NCBI RefSeq assembly: GCF_947568905.1
Contig: NC_079164.1
Coordinates: 92,008,001 to 92,072,000 of the forward strand
Direction of reading: 5' to 3'
Length of the DNA stretch: 64,000 nucleotides
Origin: Ostrea edulis
Taxonomy: Eukaryota
The notes under the pieces were generated by a model that was not told the DNA's origin, searched no databases, and saw only the letters and a list, made by a program, of their open reading frames with translations. A program made the translations under genes and the position numbers. How positions within the stretch are numbered: position 1 is the first letter of the stretch; each line of letters opens with the position of its first letter. Shown piece by piece: positions 35,901-48,229 of this stretch.

Positions 35901-38900
35901 TCAAGTGTCAGTCATGTGTCCAGTTCAGACTTTCATAGGTAAGATCATTGGTGGTCTTATCTGTTTATTTTGTTACTACAGAATAGTGCCATAAGTTTAA
36001 GAGAAATGAAAATATCAAATGCCTTTTAATAATTTGTAGTTTTATGCTCTTTCAAACATGAATTTAGAGTTGTGTATGAGTTATATACATATGTTAGGAC
36101 TATCAACAGACGCCTATACAGGATTCATGAGCAGCAAATATTCTCACTATATTTGCTTTTTAAATAATCTTCTCGTTGTTTTCTTTAACATGCAAATGTT
36201 TTCAAGCAAGCAATTATGGGAAAGTTAATAACTTTAAAAATTATTTCAGCTGCATTAAAGTAATTCTGTACATTTTGAAAAAAAATTATAGATGAACATT
36301 GGCCCATAGAGCTGTAATTATCTTCCCTTGAAAAAAGATGCAACTATGCATTTAAACAAACTTGAATCCTCTATATCCAAAAATGCTTTGTAGCAAGTTT
36401 GGCTGAAATTAGCCCAGTGGTTCTTAAAAAGTCGGACATCTGACGAGCTTTCAGACAAGATAAATATATCACTAGATTAAATCTAAACTCGTTATGTGAA
36501 TTACATCAGTATACTTTTCATATTCAGTAAAAAAAGAAAATAGCATTTTACTTACAAAGAAATTGGTACAAAGCCATATTATTTTTGCTAATTGATTCAA
36601 AAACCGCATTTGTATCTAGCAAGTCTTACAGTACATGGTTGATTTCAGGTGAACACAACTCAATATTTAAAAAAAAGAGAGAAATACTACTACAGTTTGA
36701 GATTTTAATTTACTAAGTGCTTTTCATAATCTACCTGTGTTTGTGTGGTGACCTGCTGCGATGCTTCGACCTACTCCTGTGGCTCCTTTTGCGGTGCCTG
36801 TCTCGACTTCGACTCCTCCGCCTATCTCTTTTGTGTCTATGTCGATCTCTTGAGGAGTGCCTTCTCCGTTTTCTGTCCCGAGATCTGCTTCGTCTGCGTC
36901 TTCTATGTGATGAATGGTCTTTCCTTTCTCTACTCTGTAAAACATTTTTTGCTTTAGTTTCCCAATGACTCTAATGAGTAACATATGCAATTTTTTTTTC
37001 AATCCTAGAAGGAGTTAAATTTGACTGATTCTGATGACATCCAATCTTGATCTTATTTAGTGTACAGTTTCATCCATAACAGACTTTTGCGTCAAACATG
37101 AAATAATTTCTTATCCACCCTGAACGATCATGATATATCCATTTGTTTCCCAATTCAAACCACAGGCAATTGAATCGCCTGGGTTCAAATTCACTATTAA
37201 AGAATAAAGGTATAGACCTCTTAATATAGGGTATCCAAATTAGCCGACACAATTGCCTGTGATTCAAACAAAATACATTTGAGAGACACCATATCCTCTT
37301 ACACACCAGCATTAAATGGTAACGAATTTGACCTTAATGTCAACGACCTTTATTGGTCACATAACTTGGACATTCCTCTTTCCGTTCAGGATGTATGAGG
37401 TAAATATCTTGTTTAATTTAAAACATGATGCAGGATAAATATTTTAAACAGGTTAAGAGACAGAGAGATAAAAACAAAGCCCTTTGATCTCCAAATTTGT
37501 GGGATAAAAATACCACTTCATACTGGAAAAGCATTCGCATTGAACAAAAGAGACCTTAAAATTATCAAACATAAAACAGGAAACATGCACATTCAATCAA
37601 CATACCCTACGTTTTGATCTAGATCTTGAGCGACTAGAGCGAGACTTTCTCCTCGAGTCTGACCTATGCCTACGATGTGACCTTGACCTAGATCTGGACC
37701 GCTTCTTTCTGGATGGACTCCCTGTGGATCTCCTCTTGTCTTCGATTTCTTTTTTACTGGTTCCCTGGTCTGGTTCTTCCTCCTGATCTTCTTTGTCCTC
37801 CTCTCTGTTGGGGGATGGAGAAGCTGAGCCCGACCTGCTGCTGTGGGAGGATCTAGAGGAGTGGGAGGAATGAGAGGATGACCTCGCTCTGGGTGGCATA
37901 TCTAGTTCCTGTCAAGAACAAACAGAACTAAAAATTTCTAAAACATTGCTCCATATTACCTGAAAATATCATGCTATACATGTACATCTAAGAAAACTAT
38001 GTTAAGAACCCACTACATATACAGGTATCTGTAATTTGAGCCCAAAGAATATTAAACCTCTTGCAAAACAAACAGAAAAAATGATATTCTATCATTTATG
38101 AAATACTCAGGATAATGTATTCACAATGTACTAATACGTCACTTTGGTCAAATACCTAAGGGTAAGTTGATTAATCATAGATAAAAAGAAGTGATATTAC
38201 TATACAATATCAGAATTCAATTAAAACAAAATATCATTGTGATACAATATCATCCCTTCAACTCATTGGGGCTCCCCAATGTCTCAGAAATGTCAACAAC
38301 TATTATTTCTACCAGGTAAAAAAATTATAATGGGCTTCCCAATATCATTTTCATGTCCCATGTCCATCTTGAAACGAGAAGTACATAGTACTACATACAT
38401 GTCAAAAGTCCACAGAAAACGGAATAAAATCTGTCCCAGCTCAGGAAACTGTATAATCTCATCACAAATGATTGCGACATTGGTTACCTCCTCTTCGGTT
38501 TACTTACCCATACGCCACCAAACGACAACAAATCTCGAGATTTTTGTCGTCAATTTATGTTGAATCAGTGTTTCTTTGCAGCAATCACATGGTAAGGTAA
38601 ACCTAATTGATATGTAGATAGTTGGTCAGATTATTGAAGAAAATAACCTTTAACCTCTTTTCATATTTTCTAAAGTTAAGACAGGGGGGCTAGAAACACC
38701 CTATACCTAATTTCATTTCAAGGGATAATCTTACCGCACTGGTAAACCCTTTCAGACATGGAGAAATACATTCAATTTAATTTTACCCTAAGGATAAGAC
38801 AACCGCTAAGTAAGTCTTTCAGGAGTCCTACAAACAATATTTGAGAGTTGTGCACTCTGATTTTATCTTAGTTAGGCATGTTTTTTCTGGTCTGAAGGCA

Positions 38901-39961
38901 GCATTTAATAAAAACTTGTACGGGTTTAATGTGACATTAAAATAAATTTTTGGATGCTTTTCTTTCTTTTATATAAAATTTAGTCTGTTAATGAGGATTT
39001 TTTTGTGTTCTTTACCTTTTCAACAAACTCAGATCTAAACAGCTTCATGACATCATCAGCAAATGATCTTGATTTTTTGGGACTTTTGGCTGGAAAGAAA
39101 AAAAAAAAACCAAATTACTCAAAAATATGTTGTTTTAATCATAAATCGTGTAGAAATTAATTTACTTATGTTGCAATACATTTATCTATATACCAGGATG
39201 TATATAATATAAAAAAGTGTTTCATTTACCAACACAAAGTTACTCTCAGTGACTAACCTGATGCTCTTTTATCAAAACGAGTCTTCCATGAACATGACTG
39301 TATCAGAATAATTTAATATATGCTATCAAACAAGGAACATCATGTGAATAATGTTTTAAAGAGTTCTTCAAAACTCAATATCAAAGTATGTATATAATAA
39401 TTAAAGGTAAATAGGGCCATTTATACTTTATTTACATTATTGGTCTCTTACCTTCTTCCTCTGACGATCCTGGTGAATTCTTATCATCCTCTTTACTTTC
39501 CTCCTTTTCGTTTTCAACAATGTTTTGGAATAAACCTGGATACGCCACAATTCCTGCTTGAAGAAATTCCTGCACGGATTCAGGCTTCTCTGTGTCCCCA
39601 TTATCTCCAGAAATCATTTTCTCAAACGATTCCCACTCCGCCTGCAGACTAGAAGACACTTCTACCTGTCAAACACATAAAAAAAAAATCAAAAATAAAA
39701 CCCAGCAATTTATATATAGTCGTATGTAGAAAACGTACCATATTACGGTTTCAACGTTTCACTTCCGTTTTCGTTGTTAAAATGGCTGATGTCGCCATCT
39801 TGGTAAGGTGAACTGTTGCCATTATTTTTAAAAAGAGTATTCCCCAAAACACATGAGTATTTTGTTTAAAAATACGTTATAAATTATACCTGGTCTTGTC
39901 TGTTACTATTTGAGCTTTGTGATTTATCCCCATCATCATCATAACTCGCTAAAAGATCCAT
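32908..39961 (-). CDS. RSRC2: Arginine/serine-rich coiled-coil protein 2, about 517 aa, nine coding exons
   Basis: Exons 39961-39890, 39665-39452, 39089-39016, 37908-37606, 36934-36735, 35161-34998, 34158-34019, 33650-33525 and 33168-32908 join in frame. RS region, GVAVPKYYNPAAVNPLKYAEQ.QKRKLLW, KFRKLMGIK and THTQRGVGLGF are diagnostic. Confidence 0.92.
33693..33856. repeat. 46-bp minisatellite, 3.5 copies
   Basis: Unit CCAGTCTGGAACTGTGTGTACCTGACTCACTAGGATACACGATACT, about 40 nt from an RSRC2 acceptor. Confidence 0.95.
34713..34890 (-). mobile_element. Degenerate V-domain-like SINE fragment
   Basis: Reverse complement resembles 12105-12311 (GGGATCCGGGTTAGAGTAGGTCC...GAGGCAACTAAATGGGGTGG). 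Confidence 0.65.
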
Positions 39962-40030
39962 TTCGCAAGTGCGTATATCCGTACCAGAATATCCGCCCGC
40001 ACGGTTACGTTACTTCCGGTATCGATTAAG
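39755..40030. promoter_or_regulatory. Bidirectional housekeeping-type promoter region (RSRC2 / FAAP20-like)
   Basis: Locally CpG-rich; ETS-type ACTTCCG at 39761 and 40012; YY1-type AAAATGGC (+) and AAGATGGCG (-) at 39779-39801; divergent ATGs at 39961 (-) and 40276 (+). Confidence 0.65.
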
Positions 40031-40275
40031 TTTTTTACTCGTTCGATGAACATTTCGACTTCGTACTTGTATATATATACTGTACATAATGTTGTCGAGA
40101 AACACCCCTTTTCATATTAATATTGTAAAAAAAAAACCCAAAAAAACCCAAAAAACAAAGCAATCAATTAGCCTACATTTTGTACTTATCCTTAAATATT
40201 TTTTCCCCTTCGCAATAATTTGACAGTTTGATCCACTTGACTAGTTATAAAGTGAAAGCAGCATGAATATCATAA

Positions 40276-43200
40276 ATGAAGAGACTCAGTTTGAAACGAA
40301 AACTTGGTGTTATCGAGGAAAAGTCGTCAATTCAGTCTGTCCGAAAGACTTCCACAGAGACAGGAACTAGAGCCAGGTAGAATTAGAAGGCTAATTGTGA
40401 CATGTTAATTGTCTATTCATTAGACATGTTAGAGAAGGGGGGGGGGGTGTCACTATAGTATTTATTATTTATTTAAAATTATTTGAAACTAAATAAGGAT
40501 GCTTGATACACCACAGGTATCTGAATTTTGGTCAATAAATAGATACAAAAAGAAAAGAGAATAAAATACCCTATCTGTATTTATATAAGGGATAGATAGG
40601 GTATTTTCTCTCTCTCTCTCTTTTCTTTTTGTACCTATTTATTGATCAAAATTCAGATACCTGTGGATAAACCAACTGCTAACAGGAAATGGTTTCTATG
40701 TCATTCAAATATTAATGAGGTATCCATCCTGGATTTTAAGAAAAATTAGTTGTAAAATTATCCAACAAGGATTCAAACCCGGGCATTCTAAAAAGCTACT
40801 TGTGTATAAGATTATTCTCTGTCATTACTGTTTGTAATACCACTTGACTTCCAAAATGTACCCACTAGGCATTTAAAAAAACCAAACATTGTGCCTGTAA
40901 AACAGCTAGGGGAAATTAGGGGCAGATCAATCAAACCTTTGACAATTAACTCTTTTGTAACGTACAGCGGTCTGAACACGATTGCTGTTGCTTAACCAGA
41001 TATACATGTACTCTACCACATCACTAGAAAAGCTAGCTCACTAACCAGACAGTAGAAGTTCCCTTTAATAATATATTGTCCACTACACTTCATGTTTCCA
41101 CTTGAGTGCCTAGTATAATTAGGAGTCCATCAGAACAGAATATATTTATTCAAATTTAACTTTTGTACTGAAAAAAACATTTATTTCATTATACATTTGC
41201 ATTTCCAATGTTTTCGCCTTTCGTATCTTTATGAATTGTATAAATGGGCATAATCCCTCATGCTTATGAATGCAAAACTCCTTGATAAACATAGTACACC
41301 GAATTTAATGGCTGGGAATTCCCACTGAAATGAAAGTATACACATATACAAATGTAGAAGGTAAATACAAGAAATGAATTAATGACATATACTTATTACA
41401 TGTATCATCATATGTTTCATAATTAATTCATTTTGTGCTGATTTGAGAAACTCTTTCAAGGTATAGTGGGCCACCTTAAAATGCAAAATATTAACTAGCA
41501 TGTGATAAATAGAATTACCATAATGATTATGTAAAATCAGACCCCACATCAGATAAAGATTTCCCTTCAAACCTAATACTGTATGTATACAATATTTTAG
41601 TATATGGTGAATAGAATATCACTTGGTAAAATCCATATCATATGTCATATCAGCTCTTGGGCCCCATACCAGCTGTCATTTGATCTTGTGAGCTTGAATT
41701 TAATAACCTTTGTTCTACGAAGTCTTATCAAAAACTTAATTATTGGCCATGACTTTTGAAATGCAAGTGAAAGAGCATTTAAATTTGATGAATAGAAGTC
41801 TTGTTGAAAAAATATCTTGTGTAAGTGGTACCAAAATCAAAGTATGTCAATGTGACCTTGTAACTTTGTTGAGAATTAGATCCTCACTTGAAAACTGTGG
41901 AGGGAAAAACAGACAAATCATGTACTTTGTGTAATAATTCTTCAAAACTTCAAAACTGACCAAGTTCAATAGCCTGTAATTTTCTCAAAAATTGAAGAAA
42001 ATCAAAATCTTTGCCACATGCACCCCTACAATACCCATATAAACACTGTAAATCAAGAAGGTTCTCACCTGTTTAACAATTAAGATTGATGATTAATGAA
42101 TTTTCAGTCTTTACCTTTGAATTTTTTTTTCTGAACCAGGTTGCTTGTTATTATAATGATACATGTAGCTCTTGATCAAGCTTGTTTATTGCTGGGAACT
42201 GCTGCTCAGGTGAGCAATGTGGCCCATGGGCCTCTTGTTTATTTCTGATCATGAAAATTTTGCAAATTGAACATATGAAGTGGCCAGAATATCATTTTCT
42301 GAGTAAAGGTCATATCATATATTTTCAACATATACAAAACAGAATATTTGTTTCCAAATAGTGTTACCCCCCCCCCCCCCTTCCCCCCTTAATCAAATGG
42401 CAAGGTGTACCAAAAATAATAGATGATCTACAGTCAGTGTGGCTACTGCAGCATTAGATAGTGATGATTATAGCTCAATTAGGTTCACGTACATTAAGCA
42501 AGTATTTGATTATAAAGAAATGAATCTCATTTTTGAAAATACAAGGAAATAAGTATGCTGGTGTGAAGCATTGCAGTTCCATCATACCCTCCTGTATTTT
42601 CAACAATGAAGTTTATTTAATATTTTAAAGCTTACATTTACATTCTACTTTCATTTTTTTTTGGAATTTCCAGCCATTACAAGATTGCTAAACGTAGCCA
42701 TGTACTCACCGCCCCAAAAAATGTACAAAAGTCCCATAACTCCTGTAAAATTTGTTTAATTAAAATGATGGCGCAATATGATCAACTACATCTGTTGAGT
42801 GGTTTCTGAGGAATTACGTCCACAAAGTCAAGTGGGACGGACATCAGTATTTCTGTTGCGGTTGGGACAAAGACATTCTGTTATGGGTCAGAACAAACCC
42901 TTAATCTAGCACATGCAGCAGAATTTACTAACAAAAGGCAATTAAAGAATTGATAATATTCATTTACAATTAATAATTGAAAGAAAATGGTATTAATAGC
43001 AAAATACTAACTTATGGTAGTTGTCACTATTTTTGTGTGTGTAGATTCTGTTTGGATTTATTGTTCTAATTCCAAAATCCTTAGTTCCCAGTGTAAATAA
43101 AAAATCCTTAGTTCCCAGTGTAAATAAAAAATCCAAATGCATTGAAAGTGTCTAACCAAAGCCTTCTTTCTATCAAAAAAATTTCAGTGTATTCATTTTC

Positions 43201-46200
43201 TAGTACAATCTTGAAAGACAATGATGTAACCATTATGTCATCTTTCTACTAAAATAAGAACAATCTCGATCACAGGTGTCAATGAGGAAATAAACATGAG
43301 GCTCTGGAACAATCTAGTACAATTTAGTGCAGATAGTAATATACACAACAGCACTATATTTATTTGTATTCATATGTGCATTCATGCCTTTTAAAGGGAA
43401 ATAACTCAGATGCATCTCAAAACTTATGTATTGGATATGTTTATCTGTAACGTGTTGTCTCAAATACCAGCTATTGAGGTTCAGTAATGAAATTTGCAAC
43501 TTTTTTGCCATAAAGGGAAGATGGCAGTTGGCAGACCCAAAAATGGCCCAAACAGACCTACTTTTGTTAAAAATTTTAATCGAAGGGACACCAATTTCAG
43601 TCCCAATATTTCCCCCTTAGATTTGCCACTGGAGTATATGTTGGTATTAGGTTGACTTCTATTAATTTCGAGTCCAAAGGTTAAACTAAAAAGAAAATTT
43701 CTGGATCCAAGATAAATCCAATTCAGTACATGTATTTGCTTTAGCAATAAAATGTACCACAGTGTTATATGTTATTAAGATTTTTATTGAAATTTGAAGG
43801 TCATATTTCATAGTTCAAGGTCACTATAGCATTTTTGTTGAACACGCAGGTCTATTGTATAGAAAGTGCATTTGAACCAAAATAAGTGTAGTTCGACGAT
43901 TCCTCCTTGAATTTTTTCCCCGCCACACTCAACAATTTTTCAGTTATCTGGTGGCGCCCAGTTTTTATTGGTGGAAGAGAGAACCCAGATACAATGTACC
44001 TGGGAAGAGGCCACCGACCTTCCGAAAGTAAACTGGGAAACTTTCTCACTTACCAGCGCGAGCGGGATTCGAACCCGCGCTCCTCCTTGAAGTAATAATG
44101 CTGTATCTAATATTCTACCATTACAAAGTGCCTTGAAGCTGGGGCCACAAATTCACTAAATTTTTCTTATTTTGATGATTGTAAACTTTTTAAAGGCCAC
44201 TGGAAATCATTCATTCTGAAAAAATTGAACCACCACTACAGACGAGACAGACACCATTCCCGGCATATGTGTCCTCCCCAAAGGTATGTTTCTTTTAGAA
44301 AATACTGTAGATCTGGTAAGTTTGGTGCTGGAAATTTTTTGATTTTTTAACAGATGAATGAAATACACCAAAAATTAAAGCACCAAAATTTCTATTCATA
44401 TAAATGATACACTTGTAAATGAAATTGTACCAAAAGTAAACGCTAAGGTTTCACCTGAGTCATGCATAAACTTCCCACTTTTTCAACTTCTTCTCCAGAA
44501 CCATTGGTCCAATTTCAATCAAACTTGCCACAAAGCATCCATGGGTGAAGGAGATTCAAATTTGTTTAAACGAAGGGCAATACCCCCCCCCCCCTTCCAA
44601 AGGGAGATAATCAAAAAAAGGCAAAAATAGGAATTTGATCTTTTCGAGAATCACTGGGCCAGAAAAGTTGAAATTTACATGAAAGTGTCCTGATGTATAT
44701 GTACATGTAGTATGTAGTGTAAATTCAAGTTTCTTTAAACCATGGTCCCTGGGGGTAGGATGGTGCCACAATAGGGGATCAAAGTTTTACATGGGGCTAT
44801 ATAGGAATAATATTTAAAAATCTTCTCAATAACAACAACAGGGCCATGATGAGTCATATTGATATGCAAGCATCTCCAGGTATCACAGATTCAAGTTGAT
44901 TAAAGTTGTGGCCCCTGGGGATAGGGTGGGTCCAGAATAGGAAATCAAATTATTACATGTGAATACAGTGTATATTGAAAAAAATCTTCTTTATAACAGC
45001 AGCGCCTTGATTACTAATATTGATATGCAAGTATATCCTGTAGGTAATGCAGATTGAAGTTTGTTCAAATCATGACCAACGGGAGTTAAGAGTTGGCCTA
45101 AAATAGGGGTCCAAATTTTACATAAGAATGCACATACTAATTGCAAGAAACATCACAAAGTAAAATTAAACAGCAGGAAATGCATCAGTTGACATCAATG
45201 ATATACAGGCATCATTATATGATACAAACTCGCATTTGTTGACATAGGTATGTGATCAAACAAGGACATAGGACACATTTGACTTGCGATTTGCTTTTGT
45301 GATCGAGTTTGATGCTCGGGTTCGATATCACAAGTGTTGAATGTAGCAAAACGTGGTGTGTTTTGTGCATCAAGTTGTTTTAGTGCAGTTAGTTTTTCAT
45401 AGATTCACAGTCTTAAGTTTTAAGTCCTTATAGGTCTCCAACATGTTTTCCTTCGAAATTATACAAATGCCCCAATCTAATTAAAATCAGGCTTGTTGGA
45501 TCTGTGCCGTATACTCTACGCAGAGTATAAGGTGCGGATCTAAGAAGTCTGATTTTAATTAGATTGACAATTGCACCTAAGTTTATATGTTTTACTAAGA
45601 TTTTCTGCAAATTTGTGTCTTATTTTAACAATGAATAATGAAGAAACTTTGACCAGCTTACTTACTATATAATCATGCGGATCAGCACGATACTCAGGTG
45701 ACTGTTATTGTGTTAAGGCCCAAGGGCTTCTTGTTTAAGAAAATTCTGCTAAATATTCCTGAACAGATGCAAAAATTACACAATATACATTACCTCTTAT
45801 CTGAAAATCAATACCTTCATTGTATATATACAAGTTCAAATTGAAACAGGAGATTAATTTCCATGGAAATTTTCACAAAATCCATTCTTTTCAAGTCAAT
45901 GTCAAGTAGGTATGACCATGTGTGATTGCATGGTAGACAGGTATAGGAACCACTGCATGACATCTGTCTGGGTAGAGTCACACTTATAAATCTGGCATGA
46001 CATCTGTCTGTGGGTAGAGTCACACTTATAAATCTGGCATGACATCACATCTGTCTGGGTAGAGTCACTTATAAATCTGGCGTGACATCTGTCTGGATAG
46101 AGTCACTTATAAATCTGGCGTGACATCTGTCTGTGGGTAGAGTCACACTTATAAATCTGGTCGATACAGAACTGGTGTAATGTTTGTAGTTGCAGCGTGA

Positions 46201-47629
46201 CGATGTGGAGAGGTCAACAGACACTTCATCTTTTCCACCCATGTGCCAGTTGTGCAGGAAACGTAAACCACCTCCCAATGACTTCACACAAAATGTGAGT
46301 TACAAACTAAATGCTGTGAGAGAGATTCACTGCTAGTGCAGATGTCTTCCTATTTACTTACTTCTGAATTCAGTCTAAATTAAACAAGCTGTATATACCA
46401 TGTGCAGTATTGGTATTATAAACTAAGTGAGTGGATGGTTTCAGTATTACAAACTAAGTGAGTGGATGATTTCAGTATTATAAACCAAGTGAGTGGATGA
46501 TTTCAATATTATAAACCAAGTGAGTGGATGATTTCAGTATTATAAACCAAGTGAGTGGATGATTTCAATATTATAAACCAAGTGAGTGGATGATTTCAGT
46601 ATTATAAACTAAGTGAGTGGATGACTTCGGTATTATAAACCAAGTGAGTGGATGATTTCAATATTATAAACCAAGTGAGTGGATGATTTCAGTATTATAA
46701 ACTAAGTGAGTGGATTGATTTCAGTATTATAAACCAAGTGAGTGGATGATTTCAGTATTATAAACCAAGTGAGTGGATGATTTCAATATTATAAACCAAG
46801 TGAGTGGATGATTTCAGTATTATAAACTAAGTGAGTGGATGATTTCAGTATTATAAACTAAGTGAGTGGATGATTTCAATATTATAAACCAAGTGAGTGG
46901 ATGATTTCAGTATTATAAACTAAGTGAGTGGATGACTTCGGTATTACAAACTAAGTGAGTGGATGATTTCAGTATTACAAACTAAGTGAGTGGATGATTT
47001 CAGTATTATAAACTAAGTGAGTGGATGATTTCAGTATTATAAACTAAGTGAGTGGATGAAAATATTTATTTCTTGTTTTTAGTCATCTGCAGGTGTACAG
47101 GATAGAAATATTTGATAAGGATGACTACACATTTACACAATATATAGAAATAAAATTATAATTTTTAGTGCACAACACTGACTACAGATGAATTGCTTAA
47201 AACTTCAGTCCAGCAAGCAAAGAAAGGGAGGTCACCCTTACCAGAAATAAAACTCGAACCATCTCCCAGTAAAAGCACCATATCACAGTGCCCAATGTGC
47301 AACAAGGAATTTGATTCAAGGTATGGGGTAAAGTATAGCATGTCACTGCATTTAACAAAATGACATTAAAGCTGTATCATTTTAGTAAGAAAAAATATCA
47401 CATTTTGCAGGTTTTCATACTCAATATACTCATTAGTAGGTACATGTACAACTAAATAGATAGAATCATACTCACAGTATGGAACTCCTATCAGATTTTT
47501 ATATATACTAAATGGTACATTTGACATTTATTATTTTCTTTCATTGTTTGCAGTTTCACCATGCTTGGTGTGGACAGTCACTTAGCTAACTGCTTATCTT
47601 CTACAGATGACGATGATGTACACTGGTAG
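40276..47629 (+). CDS. FAAP20: FAAP20-like protein (Fanconi anemia core complex-associated protein 20) with C-terminal UBZ, about 171-173 aa
   Basis: Exons 40276-40376, 44196-44283, 46196 (or 46190)-46294, 47169-47320 and 47554-47629 are phase-compatible (2, 0, 0, 2). The C-terminus CPMCNKEFDSSFTMLGVDSHLANCLSSTDDDDVHW* matches the FAAP20 UBZ pattern CPMCQKEF....LDVDSHLAQCL....DVTW. The last two exons are secure; middle exons are less so. Confidence 0.75.
40512..40665. mobile_element. Foldback MITE with CA...TG ends
   Basis: About 65-bp imperfect arms CACAGGTATCTGAATTTTG...; flanks GATACAC / GATAAAC (6 of 7 match). Confidence 0.7.
43912..44080 (-). mobile_element. Deu/Nin-domain-like SINE (second copy)
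   Basis: Nearly identical to 28944-29125; 11-bp TSD TCCTCCTTGAA at 43901-43911 and 44081-44091. Confidence 0.85.
44451..45130 (+). mobile_element. Degenerate HINE with satellite-like internal repeats
   Basis: TCACCTGAG start, TTCAACTTCTTCTCCAGAACCA..GG.CCAATTTCAA box (reverse of 49140-49180) and ~165-bp internal repeats; boundaries approximate. Confidence 0.55.
45956..46160. repeat. 38-45-bp minisatellite, 5 copies
   Basis: Unit C(A/G)TGACATCTGTCTGGGTAGAGTCACACTTATAAATCTGG; ends 30 nt before the exon at 46190. Confidence 0.93.
46413..47059. repeat. 31-bp minisatellite, about 21 copies
   Basis: Unit AAAC(C/T)AAGTGAGTGGATGATTTCAGTATTAT. Confidence 0.97.
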
Positions 47630-48229
47630 CCAGTTCATAGTGGAGACTCTGTGAAATAACCCTATTGTGTTCATTTTTTTCTTTTTAAAAGTGAAAATAA
47701 TAAAAAAAAAATTAAAATAAAATAAAAAGAGAGGTCTACAGGTCACACCGCTCACCTGAGGAGCCGCAACTTCTCGTGTAAAACTCAAATATGACCCCGT
47801 CCTGACCCAAGGAAAACAAAATTTTGATCATTGCTTGCACATTGTGTCCTTAAAAATATTTTTAATGAGTTTTCCAACCATTTCCGATTTAAAACGTAAA
47901 CTGCAATTGTGGCCACATTGTAACCTTACAGGCCATTGTATCTAAATTACTATAAAGATGCTTGAATATCAAGGATTATAGGCAGAATGGTGGCATGAAA
48001 AAAATTGTCAATGAAACTTTCTCGTATTTGGTGAGATTTTAGTGCAGTGTATAGGGGATTCTCAATACAAATACATGTATATCCAAATCATGGGACTCTT
48101 GTCATTGTAAGTTGTGAGAATCAAGATACTTCCCCTGAACATTACGTTATGTACAATTACATTACATCATATGGTTCCATTTAATTTTCCCTGAAATTAA
48201 TTTCCATTTGTAATTCACAGACAATTGGG

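Noticed and set aside
36717-36968. Leu/Arg/Cys-rich + strand ORFs
   Set aside because: Antisense to the RS-rich exon of RSRC2.
37070-37312. 80-aa minus-strand ORF in RSRC2 intron 4
   Set aside because: No recognisable domain and no convincing flanking splice sites.
45835-45910. Extra FAAP20-like exon
   Set aside because: No AG/GT pair gave an open, phase-compatible exon with the flanking exons.
47093-47161. Acceptor CTGCAG| giving VYRIEIFDKDDYTFTQYIEIKL*
   Set aside because: It terminates before the UBZ; the acceptor at 47168 keeps the frame to the conserved domain.
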